Of a stretch of 64,000 bases of DNA, positions 1 to 14,800 are shown piece by piece; positions within the stretch are counted from its first letter, which is position 1; each line of letters begins with the position of its first letter. This DNA is from Lingula anatina. Taxonomy: Eukaryota; Animalia; Brachiopoda. Where the stretch lies: positions 15,848,651 through 15,912,650 of the forward strand of contig CM120647.1 in the NCBI GenBank assembly GCA_051362555.1. Reading direction: 5' to 3'. The position numbers were made by a program, and so were the translations under genes. The notes below the pieces were generated by a model. The model searched no databases. It saw nothing but the letters and a program-made list of their open reading frames with translations, and was not told where the DNA came from.

Positions 1-1193
1 CATCCATCTACCTGGAACTTCCTTTACCTCTTAATTAGAGGGTTAAATGGCATTCAATTTGTCTTGCTTGTATCGAACGCACTCTCTATCTAAGCTTTAC
101 TCCAGTTATCTCAGGTAAAAATCTACCTGTGCGTTAGTTACAAAGCGCAGCTCCCGTAGACCTGGGGGTACTAGATAAAATCTGAACACCAGGTTTATCG
201 AGGAGCTAGAGAAAGAAAGGAAGAATTTTTCCTGCACAACTTCATAGGGATTTTAACACGGACTTGATCCAGCTTAGACCTCCAAACTAACAGGGTGACA
301 TGGGCAATTTTCACAAACAAATCATAAAACTATATTTCAATTAACCGCCTTTAAAATAAATATACCGTTCTGGGTAAATTAAAATAGTTATTAAATCGCA
401 AGAATATTTTTGACTTAAATGATGATTTTATTATTAATGGAAATTAAGCTACTATATGAGGTACATTTGCTGTGATTACGCTGTCCTTCATGTTTTGCGT
501 AAGTCTACATTTTGCTGTATGTGCTTGTAATCTTTTTAAATATGTGCGTACAATTTTTGCAGGTCTGGTTACCCCCCTGTTATGTGATGAGAGTATTAAT
601 TTGGCAATTAGTTCCTTAGCTTATTTGAATAGAATTGCAGTGTAAAATTTTCAACAAGATGTTGGCGAAATAGCCCATTACTCTTTGTAGGTATTTCCCC
701 CGTCAAAGTTTGTCTAAAATTATCTTTCAATCTTTACTCTTTCAAAGACAGTATAAAGTTACCTGACATATTTTCGTGTAAACTTAATGACAAGCCAAGT
801 GTCTCCAGTTCATTCCGTACTCAATTTTACCCAACCAAATTTTTTTCTTGAGTAGATCTTTATAGCACGTTGTTATAAGCTTACAAATTTGCAAAAAAAA
901 AAAAAAATTGCGTACTGACGCAGAATTTGCGTTTCAAGTTATAAAATAATCAATCTTTTAAATTATTTAATATTTCAGATGAAATAATCTTCAGAAACAA
1001 ATCCTCAAAGCATAAACGAATTAGGATAACGAACCATTTTATTATAGCAGTTCCCATTTTTTCTTTAATATAACGCTCTTTTTCCTGTTTTTCCTCAACA
1101 CGTTTTCTTCCACGGAAGCTTCAAGATACCCTGAGAGCAATTTCTTTTATTAATGTTCTCGACCGTGTTTGAACTTAAGTGCAAGTTTTTCTA

Positions 1194-3336
1194 ACCACCA
1201 GGCAAATCAGCCAAAAAGCGGCAAGGTGGGGTTCTCACAGAATACACTCATTTTGCCCACAGTTAATCACCTTTGTGACCTTAATTTAACTGTAAAATAT
1301 TAAAGCTTTCCGTTGCGTTATTGTCGAGATACAGCCACATGAATATTTCACTGCCTCGCGTGGCTCCCGTCTCACTTTTCAGCTGTGTGAGTGGTGTATT
1401 TTTCACCGAAGTTTGCTTCACAAATGTGCATCAAGTGATCAACTCATTACTTCGGTCAATACCAAAATTGAAAGATGGATATATAATCTTTATAACGACA
1501 GAGATTTATATCATAAATCCGTTGCTATGGTTACAAACTACCGAGGTTATTTGAGGTCACTTGATGACTGCCGCAGATACCCACCTTGTCAATAGCCTTA
1601 TATCTCCACTAGTAGAGCACCTTAGATAAATTCACTGATATTTACTGAAAATATGGACAAGGGGCCTACCATAAATTAAAACACTGGCGTGGCCTTTTGC
1701 CTACAAATTTTGCAACAGCGACGCAAATTCTTCTATTTTCTGGCTACATTATCGTAAAGCATTTTTGCTTCCCACAGTTTCGATTTGCATTCAAGAATGT
1801 TTAAGTTAATTTCAACGTTAGTTAGGGACTAATTAACTGAAATAGTCTTCTGTAGTTTTTATTTATTGATTCCTGGATAATTAGTATATGCTAAGTTCAA
1901 ATACGGGGGTTAACATGCATTCGAAACTAAATTCGTGTAGGCGGCCATGACAGTTTCAAGTAGCAGTGGTGGAAGACGTGCGATGAATGCACTGCAGATT
2001 TTCCGAATTTCAAGCAGCAGAGCGTATACTTTGTTGTTCTGTAGACCGTTACAAAGACGGAAAGGTTGTGCGATACTCAGGAGATACGACTAAGATGATT
2101 GGGGTCACCTCCCGATGCTAAAAGTTACATGCAGTGTGAGAGGCTAATGAGAGGCAGTGTCATCATCAGAGGAAATGGAGAGTGAGCTCGATTCAGTCGT
2201 GTGTCCAGCGCATCGTCACATGCTGTGGATCCTTTTGGGAGCTGCAAGAACACGTCAACTACTTCTTCGGACCAAGTTATTATTGTAGGACTTTCCTTGC
2301 TCGGACCAAGCGGGAGCTTTCATGAACAGTCAGTGTATTCAAAATTTTATCAAGACAAAGCCAAGATATTCAGTTGGTTGGGCCCAGGTAATTAAAAAGT
2401 TGACATTCGTCACATCTTTATAATTAATTAACACACCGAATTTACATACAGACGGAAGGTTGATAATGGTATGATATCTGTGTTGTTTGAATTAAATATG
2501 CATAATAATTAGACAGGTGAAGCTAAGTCATCATCTAAATACTGCTATCTCTGACCCTCAGAACCACAGCAAATTTGTTAAATATTACATATAGTGAAAA
2601 GAGCTTATGTTTTGTACTGTACATGTCAGCAGTGTAAACTTTTTTGTTTGTAAGAGCAACAAGTTACAGAACCCTCACAACTAAATAATACTGCTTTTGT
2701 AGGTCATTGCTTGTGATTAAAAGAGTAACAATCATATCACAATTACATGAATTATATATATATATATATATGAAATAAAGCTTAGTTGTAGCCTAAAATG
2801 GGGTTTCATGTTAAATTTTGTTGGTTGAAAATTAAAACCATTCAGTAGATTAAAGAATAAATTTTTGTTGTTATTTTAGCTAGAAGATGTTTGGAGACTG
2901 GTCAGAAAGAGCAGCCAGGAATCAGATATATGGCAAAGAAAATAAAGTGATTAATCCAAGCACCCGAAAAAGAAGTTTTGTGAAGAGGATTGACTTACTG
3001 CCCAACAGACTGAAATGTATTTTTGATGTTTATCTACTTTGAACAAGTATTTGTATCTACAGTTGAAGGACACCAATGACCTGACAGATAGCTAATGTCA
3101 GCCATGATGATCCAAGCAAGTAGCAAGGAGATCCCCCATAAGGAAGGACAGTAATTTATGGGAGCTTCATTAAATGATGAAAACTGACACTTTTCGGTGA
3201 CCTTTTTTTACAAGGAGCTTTTCAGACATGAATTTTTGCCCCAGAAACATGGAATTCCGCATTTTTAAATTCAATTCAAGGTGTCCTGAACCTCTGGCCG
3301 CTTAGGTGTTGAGTCCCATGATAAATGTTCGGAGTT

Positions 3337-3369
<33 letters not shown>

Positions 3370-5711
3370 ATTATTTTTTTTTTTTGAAACATAGGATCAT
3401 GTCTGCTTTTTTCTGTTTCATTTTACTGAAGATATCCGTGAATGCCACCTTTCAATGGGATAAGATCTTACTGAGATATTGATATGGAATATCATATTTT
3501 TATTCCTAGGAGCAAAAGATCAGTTTGACTTAAATATTTAGAAGCAGCAATATATGTTCCTGGTCCTGAGTAGTGCAAAATAATCCATGAATTACACCGT
3601 TACAGAAGTTCAACTTATTTCTTCATTCTTCTCAGGAAGGGGATTCAGTTGGATAATATAGATTTACATTACTTTGATGTTTTTGTAGAATGAAAATCAA
3701 CCTTACTTTTTTTTTGAAACATTCACTTAAATCTTGAGTCAAAACTTTGTCGGTGTCTTATTCAGTTAAGGGTGACAGGAGTAGTCTTGAATGGCAGTTA
3801 CAATGCCTTCCACCCATTTATTAAGTTATTGGTAATAAATATTTTCCAGTATGAAGATTTGAATTGTTTGCTACACTTCCAAATAATTTGCTTATTTATA
3901 CTTAAACTTTAAAGATCCAATAAAGAGATGATTATGCATTATGAAACATTGTTGATTGATTAAAAGCTGTGTGTGTGATTGGTGCCCACTTGTGTCCAAT
4001 AATTGTTGAAGTAGTAGATCAAAAGAAATGTTGAAGGAATACAGTTTTCTTTATATGATTAAATGTAAGAAAAATGTGGGTTTTTTTTGTCGTTTTATTT
4101 TCTGAATAATTAAATTTATTAGGCTAAAAATATTTTTAATTAAATTTGTAAGCTATAGTGTTACAGGGAATACCATTCCCAGGTGTACAATCCAGATGGA
4201 AGCTATTGAGCAAAGGGTAAAAACTTGAGGCCAAGTAGCAGGTTGAAAAGGGTTTATGTCTTGACCAAAGCTACATAAATTTCTATCACAAGTCATCAAA
4301 ATATGAATATGACGGTTTAAATTCCAAAGGTAGGCTCTGTTATAGGGCAATTGCCTATTCTTGTAAAGTCTATTGTTCAATTCTGCCGTGATTAGAGTAA
4401 TTGAGCAGGTATTACTGGCCAAGACAAGAGCAACACACATCCAAATTTTACAATTTTCGGATATTTTAATATTAAAATATATCGCCAACAAAAGAAAAGG
4501 CCACGAGGATCTCCTTTGTACTTTATATTTTTAATATTCCTTTACAAACCCATACAGGTTTGACAGCCATAGGGCCTCTACTAGTGGGTATATGACCCTC
4601 TGAAAATCGCCATGCGTAAACTTAGTTTTGGGGGGTGGGGTAAAAAAAGTGGGTACAGTGTGGACAAGGTGGGTTATATTTTTAGTTTGAATGTCTTGGG
4701 GGGAAGAATATTGATCAACAAAATACATCATACATAAACATAGTAAATATATTACTAGATAAGAGTATAATAAGCATATATATGAGTGACGTGTATGATA
4801 ACTGAAAATATGCTTCGAAAGCTGGAAAAACAGAAAATTGGGCATAAATCCCCTGAAATACAGTTTTATGGCATAACATTTGGCAGAAGTTAAAAGGGTC
4901 CTCAGGCAAGTATTTCAGCCCAATAAAGTCAAATTCTGTGAACCCCCACCTTGCCGCACTTGTCTGGTGCTTAAAAAAACTGGCACTTAATTGTTTAAGT
5001 ATTGATATTTAACGTCATTTACAAATACCAATAAAATAACCCCATGAAATAAATGAGATATATTGAAAAATATGAAAGCCCACCAAGACGAGTTTCATAC
5101 CTGTTATTACCTGGCTTGGGAATTGCAGCGGTGCATAATTAACAGGTTTGTTGTAAACGAGCTTTTGGTCAACTACAATGCATTTAAAATGCATCAGCAA
5201 TCAGTAAGTTTGCCAACTGATGACAGTTAATCTGAAAGACTACCAGCTCTTGATATGATCTAAACCACCTGAGGTGACCATGATCTAGAGCATCGCAACT
5301 ATTGTCACCGAAGTTAGTAAGTAAGTCACGGAAGACCGTCACAGACAAAGAAAGATTGTCAACGAGAGCTGCAATTTTGGTGAATCCCACGGCAACACAC
5401 CGAGGCATAACGAAAATTCCTCAACTCCGTTCAACACAACTTTCCTTAACTTCTCCGTCTGTATGCACCTGCAGCTCAGTTGAGTCTCATAGACCTTTAT
5501 CGTGATTGTCGTCACAGTGCCACGTGACCCAGATCTGTTGCTTCATTTTTGCATATTGAGGTGAGGTTTACTAAAACGCTTTTTTTTCTACTAATAGATT
5601 GTTTTTATAATTTTTAAATGGCGGGGATCGATTAAAACATACCTCTAGTGTATAGATTGAGTGCTGTATCTTCAAAATTCGAGAAATGGATTTCTACATG
5701 AACATTGTCCT
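1194..5711. mobile_element. Possible large decayed DNA transposon (Kolobok-like right end), probably extending left of the window
   Basis: Mirrored degenerate blocks: GCGGCAAGGTGGGGTTCTCACAGAAT (1218-1243) vs ATTCTGTGAACCCCCACCTTGCCGC (4933-4957); ACCCACCTTGTC and CCACTAGTAGAG (~1579-1617) vs their complements at ~4577-4675. The right end reads ...ACATTGTCCT|TTAA (5711), the TTAA-flanked AGG terminus typical of Kolobok. The interior (~1950-2390) looks like stop-riddled Cys-containing coding sequence. No left terminus was seen. Confidence 0.35.
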
Positions 5712-5890
5712 TTAACTACTACCATCTGTACACTGCCTAAGCAATGAATTATACCTAGCTGTAATACTGAATGTTACATGGGTGTTACATAATGTTAAGT
5801 TAGGCCCTATCATTGTTACTGAATGTGCTTTGAACAAACAAGTATCAACACCATCATAACCTATATTTTAGAACATTTTGTAGTACCTAC

Positions 5891-8800
5891 CTCCTTCCGG
5901 TGTCTGCCCATTTAGCACCAATACTGGTCCCTCAAGATTAAGATTATTCACTGCTGATATGTTGACTGTAAAATTGCTGTATGGAACCAGGTCTTCGATA
6001 TAAATGTCCTGACTTTCTTTGACAACCACAACGTCTTTCCTGGTGTTGTTTCCGTACTCTCTGTTGACATACAGTTTCAATTTGGCAAATCCATCACACC
6101 TATGAACTGCTTCTGTCATATCCTAAAATGACCCAAGGAAAATCGTAATGTTACTTTTCTGTGCTTACACTCGCTCACTCTCTGAGGTTGATACCCCTCC
6201 TTTTGAAAAAAATAAGTTACTTAGATAAAAAAAGATAAATAAGTCGCGGCCCGTTAAACATTTTATAATTTTTTCTATAGCCAAACGACGAACATGTGTT
6301 TTTAATCTTATCTGTGCAGTGTTCCAAGGTACTTTCAGGGATGGGATAATGTCTGGTTGTGGAATCATCGCAGGAGCTAATTAGAAAAATCAGAAAAAAT
6401 ACATGTACCATACTATACAAAAAATATGTTTATTTTGATTGGCTAAATCTGTGACAAATGAAATTACACAAAGTGTGTAAAAATTGCATTCAAGATGTAA
6501 TCTGTCTAGAACAAAGTAGTTACAGATTTTTATTATGGAATAAATTTTATGGAATAATACTCCATAGAAGCTGTGGTTATCCAAGATTTCATCTAAATAT
6601 CGGGGTGCCTGAGTGCTCGATATAAAAGACGGGAACGTGCGAGATATAAGGAACGTTGGGTATAGATACATGTTTTTTTTTTATCTTTTAATTATTATTT
6701 AGCATGCCACTCCCTGTCTTCAGTAATGTAAACTAAAGAAATTATTAACGTTTGAGGGGACAATATCGCCAAAGGCAGAGCCCCAAAGACAATGCTGGCC
6801 AATGCATGGCATGTTCTTACGTGCATTATTGATGGACTCACTTCATCCGGTTTGATAACTAAACACCACATTTTCTAAGCTGATCACCATAAAATTATAG
6901 TTGTATCGAGTTAAGTAACATATCATCTATTATCTTCCGAGATTTGGAAATAAGGTAAGAATCATTTTTGACATTCTTACCTCCACATGTCATTTTAGCG
7001 ACACTCGGACTTTGTTTCCCCTCCTGTCCTTCTTCATCCTCGATAGATACAGTGAACTCATACGCCGTGTACTCCAGAAGGTTTTCAATCGTGATGGACA
7101 TGATATCCGCAGAATTTTTCCTAACGTCAATGACGTTACCGTCTTTCCAGACTCTGGCAACGTAAGAGCGTACGCTGCCTTCTCCCGGGTATCTCCCCGA
7201 AAACCAGCTGTCCCAGCGAATGCTAGCAGAATGAAGCGTTCTTGAGGTCACTGTAGGTGCCATCTCAAAATACGGCCTTTCTTTAATGGTAAAAAGGTAT
7301 AAAGATAGTATATATGATGGTTTGTGTAACTTTGCAAAGCATTCCTATTAACATGTCCCTAATTTTGTGACAAAAGAATATTTACTGGAATTACGTTTAT
7401 TATATAGCAGGTAAAAAGGTTTATTTACGCTGATGGCATCCGTAGCCTTTCCAGTAGGTTTGACACCCTTCAGAACATCTGAAGCCATTGGTTACACTGC
7501 AGGTAAAATCTCCTAGGCAGTGGCACGTGTATTCACACAATGGCCCAAATTTCCCAAATGGACACTCTACAATTTCATATTTAGAAAACAAAAAAGACAT
7601 TGAAAATGCAGTACAGCGGAAAATTAACTTATGAACATAATTTTATCTTATGTTTTTAAACACAGATGATAGTGTGAGTATTAGTGTATGTGCTTTTTGC
7701 CCTTTCACCTTCCCCAGCTACGCCACAAGTTCCGAGGGATGAAAAATAGTATTATTTAGTAAATTTCACAAAAATAAACTCAGTTCATCCCTTGTATTGG
7801 TACCTTACCTATTTGACACACGTTCTGGCGATTGCTCCAACCATCCGCACAACCAGATGTACAAGCACCTGTACGCCTCTCACACACCTCTGCTGTATCC
7901 TTACAGTTACATTTATATCTACATTCTGGACCAAACGTCTTACTATTACCACAATCTGAAAATATGTGCATCACGTGAGTAGGAGGTAAACATTGTCTCA
8001 GGGGACATTTGTTTTGTAACAGATAATAGAAAAAGGCTACCGTGATTTTTTTACTAGTAAAACAATGCACATAAAAGCACGTTATGCCATTTTATCTACA
8101 GATCAGGTTTTAAATTTAATACTTTCGAATATGACAATACATATTTAACTTATATTCTATGCCTGTGTTTATCATGTTAGATATTAAATAAATGTAAGGA
8201 GTTAAGGGCGTTTGCATACCTTGATATTTGTATCCTTTCACCATCACCTCACAAAGAGTCAACACGTCTGGTGTGGTGTTGTTCAGACTAACCCTCACAA
8301 ACTGCCCTACTAAAGGTGCAGGGTTACAAGGCAGTTCAACAGAGCCGCCGTCAGGCACCTGTTCCTTTCGACTGGCACAATGGTAGACCGAGTTGTTTGG
8401 CAGTGATACCTTAACTTCAATATTCTTCAAACGACGACCAACTAACAGACATCACATAACGTACATTATTATAGAAACAATAAGGCTTAAAAAAATGAAA
8501 ATTCTATAAGTCGCGTGCGTCATCCACTGAAATTTAATTTTATTCTTAAACAAACATTTTCAGCCATGAAGATTATTTACTACGACTGGTCAGGGTGATT
8601 GTCTATGCTTATTTAATTTCCCTCTTTTTAAATGATACAAAAGTGCAATGAAATGTGTTTTAAATTTCAGTAAATGCTTTAAAATGTCATTTTGATAATG
8701 CAGCAAGTGATGTTTTATCAAATAGTTTGAACTATTTCTGATACCACACAATTAAAATTAAGAAAAAAAGAACTCCAGAAAATGTTTTCGACGCCCTTTG

Positions 8801-11800
8801 TCAGTATTCTTAAACCATTATAGAATGCATTTGTTATACTTGGGATGAACAAATACGAAGTGATGCGAGACGCGTGAACTAATCGTTCAAAGCAAAACAA
8901 ACACAAATGCAATTACCTGTTTCCCTGTTCACTAATGTCACCGAGTAGATATAATACATGTCACCGAGATCAACTTCCCACCATGGAAAACGTTCAACAT
9001 ACTCTTCGGTAGCTGTGCAACTGCCGTCGAAAAAACGCGTGTTCGTATTACCATCTACAGCAAGTCTAGCGGGACCACCACCAATATAAGTAGTAGACTG
9101 GCTTGCATGCTTCCCAAGAGCTATGTTATCTAAAACACGATGCAAATTCTGAAATGGACAGTCATTTCAAATAATGATGGCAACTTCTTATAGTCTCCTT
9201 GTGATTAAAATGGAACAAAACACCAACGCATCTTGAATCAACCACATATCAGTTTAATTATAGTTGTAATGCCAATGGTTACGATGTCATGAATCACAAA
9301 TTAACAGGATTAAGGTAAGCTCAAGTGAATATACATTAACCTAGAAAACTATGAAGTAAGAGCGCATTCACATCGAGAAGAGCCGAGGCTCAACAAGGCC
9401 GAGACCTAAATATGGCGGACGTTTATGAAAGGAAAGCCGCGTAATCCTTTAATTTTATTGTCTCTCAATGAATGCCATTGAATGTCATTGAGTGACCATT
9501 AAAGGATTTTCTTTCATTTACGCCCGCCATATTTAGGTCTCGGCCATGTTGAGCCTCGGCTCTTCTCGATGTGAATGCGCTCTAAGAGGATAGTTATATT
9601 AGGAGTTACACAATGCAACAATTGCCCATATCGTTTTGTCGTAACAGATTGGAAATGTCAACGTCATACGATGTTCTATAGTTGATTGGTGAAGTCTAAT
9701 TTTCCATTAAGTTGACAAGAGTTGTACATTTTTCAACAATGGAGTCAGGTTTATGTTTAACGAAAAGACCGCGTTTATCATATAATATATACAAGACTGT
9801 ATAAAATACAATACCATACGGACACAACTTACATGGATATTTATAACCTCGGACAATAACTTCGCACAACACCAAAGCCAGTAGCCCTGTTCTGGAGATC
9901 TTAACATAGCGACCAAGCGCTGGGGGGTCCACTGTCTGTTCGAAAGAACAAACGTTTGGTAATAGGATGTTCCCGCGGTTAGTCGTATCATTACCAACAT
10001 ACATTCTGATAGACGAATGCGTTGGACCTAAATAGAAAAATGTACTTGTGTCTGTACACAAAAATACGTGTGAAAATGGGCATCTTAACATGGCAGGAGA
10101 TACGACTGCATTGCTTAACCAAATACATATTCAAATACCAGTATTACACATATACGTCGACTTTCACATTATAATATGCCATTAAATTATCTTGTTCAGC
10201 ACTTAAATTAACAGATTCATGCAAGAAATAAATGGCTTGTTACAAACTACAATCTACTGGCATTTTATTATTAATATATTAATCCATTTATCAACTATAT
10301 TGAACCGTGACTTTGCTGCGACTCTAACCAATCTTGCCAAGGCCGCACTTTCACTTGCATAGGTGAGATTGCGATTTCAGTCTCGCAAAGTTACCTAGCC
10401 TGCCTGGATTTCAATCTCAAAAGATACATTTAATGATAATACCAATCACAAGGAAATCATTCACCTGTTACGAGGTGTATTGCCTATTTGGTTCTCAATT
10501 TTATCCAGTTTTGTCCAGTCGCAAAAAAGGAGATTGAACACAATTAAATCATTATTAAGGTCACATTCATCCAAAAATATAATTAATAAAGACAGGGGCT
10601 TAACTTCTAGTTTCGTGCATGCATATATCTTCATTTCCAAAAGGTTATATATATGAATTATTTCTCATTTAATTCAGTGATAAGTTTACTAATTACAGGG
10701 TTGCTACTTAATATGGAATATTTTTTATCATTGTTATTTTTGAGTGCTGATTAATTTTTTTTGGCTTGAGTCATTAAAAAAAGTATTTCACTGAGTGATA
10801 AAAACATCCAGTCTTCTGTTGTGAGATATTTTGGTCAATGATATCAAATCTGACATAAGATGCCATACAAAAGAAAGGAACACCCCCAGAAAACCATATC
10901 AACAGTTTGATGTCAGTGTTAACTTTAAGCTAAGATATTAAAGAAAATGACAGCCTCCGGACAGTGATATGTTACACAATCAAAGAACTCACTACAGTAA
11001 ATCAGGAAAAGTCAGTAATTGCGGGTATGACCTCCAGCAGCCGCTTGCAGCGCCCTCATCCTACATGGCATACCCTGTGACACGTTTTTTAGAGTTTGGT
11101 TGGGGATATCATTCCACGCAGTGATATTTAACTGTCGCAGTTCATCACTATTTACCGCCGATGACCATAGCTATTAAATCTGTGAGTTACTTTTGCCCAA
11201 AGCTTTTCAATTGGGTTCATATCTGGAGAGTCTGCAGTCCAGGGCAGTTGCTGAACCCATTGGTTTTGAAGAAAAACAGTGATTCTGCGACCTCGATGTG
11301 GGGTTGCGCAGTCGTCTTGGTACACAAAGTTGTTCCTGAAGATGACTCTTACCAATCGAAGCATTGTTTGCTATAGAATGTCTCTGTAGGAATCCTGGAT
11401 GAGGTTGCCTCCTAGAAAAAACAACTGGTTCTGGGCACCGACATGAAATGCTCCCCAAACAGAGACGTTACCATCCCCTGCTTGCACCCTAGGCAGTATA
11501 CAATCATCGTTTTATGCCCCTCGCACACGTCGGTGGACACGGATTCGACCATCAACCCTAAAAATTCCATATCTGGCCTCATCATTGAAAAAGACGTGAT
11601 TCCAGTGTTTTGGCTGCAAACGCATGTGGTCCCCAGCCCATTGCAGACGTCGCTGTATGTGACCTGCTGTTAACAGTGGTTTCCCTACTGGCCTTTGTGC
11701 AAAATAACCGGCTTGCAGTAATCTCTTGTTCACGAAGGACCTTGGAACGGGCGTTTGAATGGCATTCTGCCTTTCTTTTCTGAGGACACTGGTTGTCTTT

Positions 11801-14800
11801 GTACGACCAGCACGGCGTCCTCTAAGGAGAAGGCGATCCTGTCTTCTTGGTGTGATACGCGGACACCCTGGTGGAGGTATTGGAGTAGGTGCCCCTGTTG
11901 CAGCATTTCTTTGGAGGACTTTACAAACGGTTCCTGATAAATGTTGAATTACCTTGCAATGGCTGTCCGTTTCTGGACATTTTCTCTGAGAGCAAGAATC
12001 CCATAGTAAGATACGTTGCTTAGCTGCCGAACCATATCTTCACTAAGGTACCTGTCAAGTTTCAGAGCGATCCCTTTGTCGCTTCTCTAAACACACTCCA
12101 AAGATTGACCATACCCATGCGTTTTTATACAAGGGCAGAAATTGCCTAAAAGACCATCCCTCACATTTCTGACCACAGAACATGCAACTGCATGCATCAG
12201 TTGTTTCGAGAGTTGTGTGGTAATTAGTTAACACACCTGGTTACACATGGAGTGACACCTCAGCTTTGGATTTAAAGTAGTTAGAGAGAAATTAAATACT
12301 TTGTAGAAAATTTACTCGCCAAAAAATAATATACCATATTAAGTGGTAACCCTGTACATAGAAAAAGTTTACTAACTACCTACAAAAACGTATTATCATA
12401 CTACATACAGTTGATTGGCATGATGACCACCACGGAGCGAATAACGTAGAGGCCGCCAAGTTCGACCAGCCACCAGGGGTCGGTTTCCCAGTACGTTATC
12501 GCACAGAAACGGACATTGTTACTGTTGTTTCCGTCAACAGCTAATGACGACAGGTACTTGTAGAAAACTGTGTCACTACTTGATTGTGTTGTTGGTTTTC
12601 CAAGGGCAAGGTTGAATTTCTCTGAAAAAAAATAATTATCTTAGAAAGTATCTAATAAGTTTATTTTTCAGGTGCAATGAAGCATGAATATTATAACGAA
12701 ATATTATACTCTCATAACATTGCAATAACAAACGTTTGATAGCGTTATTTCATGATACAACTTATTTCTATCTGCGAATAAATACAGTTAAATACCCGTG
12801 TCGAGAGAGCGGGGGCTACTTTTAGGCTCCATTCACAACCAAAGTTGATCTGGGGACTAACAGATCAAATATCACCGACCCACATGAAAGCCGCGGGAAA
12901 TCTATTCTTTGTCTGTTAGGGGATGATGCTACAAGCTTTCAAGTGGGTTGGCTATATTTGATCCGCGAATCAGTTAGTCCGCCAATCAACTTGTAATAAC
13001 TAGGGTATAAAGTTGTCAATCTCTCAAAACGTTGCGAAACAGATATGTATACCGCAAAATGTGAAACAAAAACATACTCCATGCTAGAGACAGTTGGGAA
13101 ATAACGTCAGTGCTGTGCAAAAGTTTTTGTTGGACTTTTTGCCTCCGGACCTGTGCGAATATCCAGATTACTTTCCGGACGTTGTGTGTATCTGTCAAAC
13201 ACTTCAGAATGATTCATCGCCTAATTCGATTTATTCAAGAAAAACTGACGCCAGTAACGCAAGGCTGGTCTCCGTTTCGCATAACATCAAAAATCTTTAC
13301 ATCAGTGAACTCAAATACAGTAGTAGACTACTAGGCTTCACAACCCTGTATCTATAACCCTTTCTTTAATCACAGAGTCACCGTACAGAAATGTGCGCAG
13401 CTAATGAATAGTCAGACAATTTTCTCCGAATATCTAGTCAAAACACTTCTAACTGTGACATGGTAGTTGGTAAAATTTAATCTGTGGGCTACATTTATAA
13501 TCATTCAGAAACGCATCGTTTTAAACTAAAAACATAAAGAAAAAAGGTCTCCCATACCGTCCTCACACCCTATCCCCCAGGGGTTGTCAACACAATGTCC
13601 CGGACAGTTTGGAGACAGCGTCTTCTGGCAAACTTGTCCATCCTTACAGAAACATCCACTGTCAGGGTGACATACCCAGCCGAAGTTTCCGTCAGTGTAA
13701 TGACAGCTTTGGCTCTGATGCACTGTAACATAACATGTCATCGATAATATGCTGTATTTGTTACAATTAACTTTAATGAACAAAACGTACTTCAGTTTAC
13801 AGTATCGTTTACAAATCCATATCATGCAGTGTTTTGAAAGGTCATCAGTCATTACTGGAGCAGTGCTTTGATGATCTATCTACACTGGGCAACACTGTGC
13901 AATACTTTAAAAATTATCAGCATTATGGGTTATTCATATCCATACATATTAAATCAAACAAATCGAACTGAGTTGTTTAGCATGCTACAGATTACTGCCG
14001 TAGCCCATTTCCCAGCACATAATTAATTCATATGGGGCGTTTATATTTTTGCTCATTGTATAGTGCTATGGCCACTGTGATACCACACACGCACTGTACA
14101 TTTCTGTCGTCACAGAAGCATTCTTGACGCATAAAAAAATCATCAGGTTCATCATTAAAGATGCGTTCTTATGTTTGCTTCAGTGTTGCACTTATAATAC
14201 GATCAAGTCGAAACTAAAATAAAAATAAAAACTTCGGATGTACATGTATTTTCTACCAAAAATAAGCTTGCATCGGGTGCCTATACGCAAGGATGAATTT
14301 AAAAAGCAAAACAGAAATAAGTTTCTCCTATAAATGCCATTGCCCATTTCTCCTTATGTATTCAACAGTACTTTTTACACTAGACAACAAAGCGTGTTGT
14401 ACAACCTCTTCATACACATATCACATTTCCGCCCTTCACTGCAACACGAGAGTTCTTACATAATGAAACGTAGTAGTCATCCTCCATTACCTACAGCTTA
14501 AAACGCACAAAGCCCTTGCTTACCTGAGGTACAATTGCGCAACGGTCTTTTATCAATCAAAAAACGACTTAAGCGGTGAGGACAAATCTAGACTAAAAAA
14601 ATCACGCATGCGTACAATGCAGTTTCAACCCCCACCACACCCCAAGCCATCCCTCATCAGTATTTATTACGCATATCAGATCAAGGGTTATTATGTATCA
14701 CATCTGTGTAGGATCGATCCCAGGCAGGGCCTACGTGTTTTAACTTCAGTTTCCTGACCAGTATGCTCAAGTTTGACTACTGAGTAGTTCTAACATGTAT

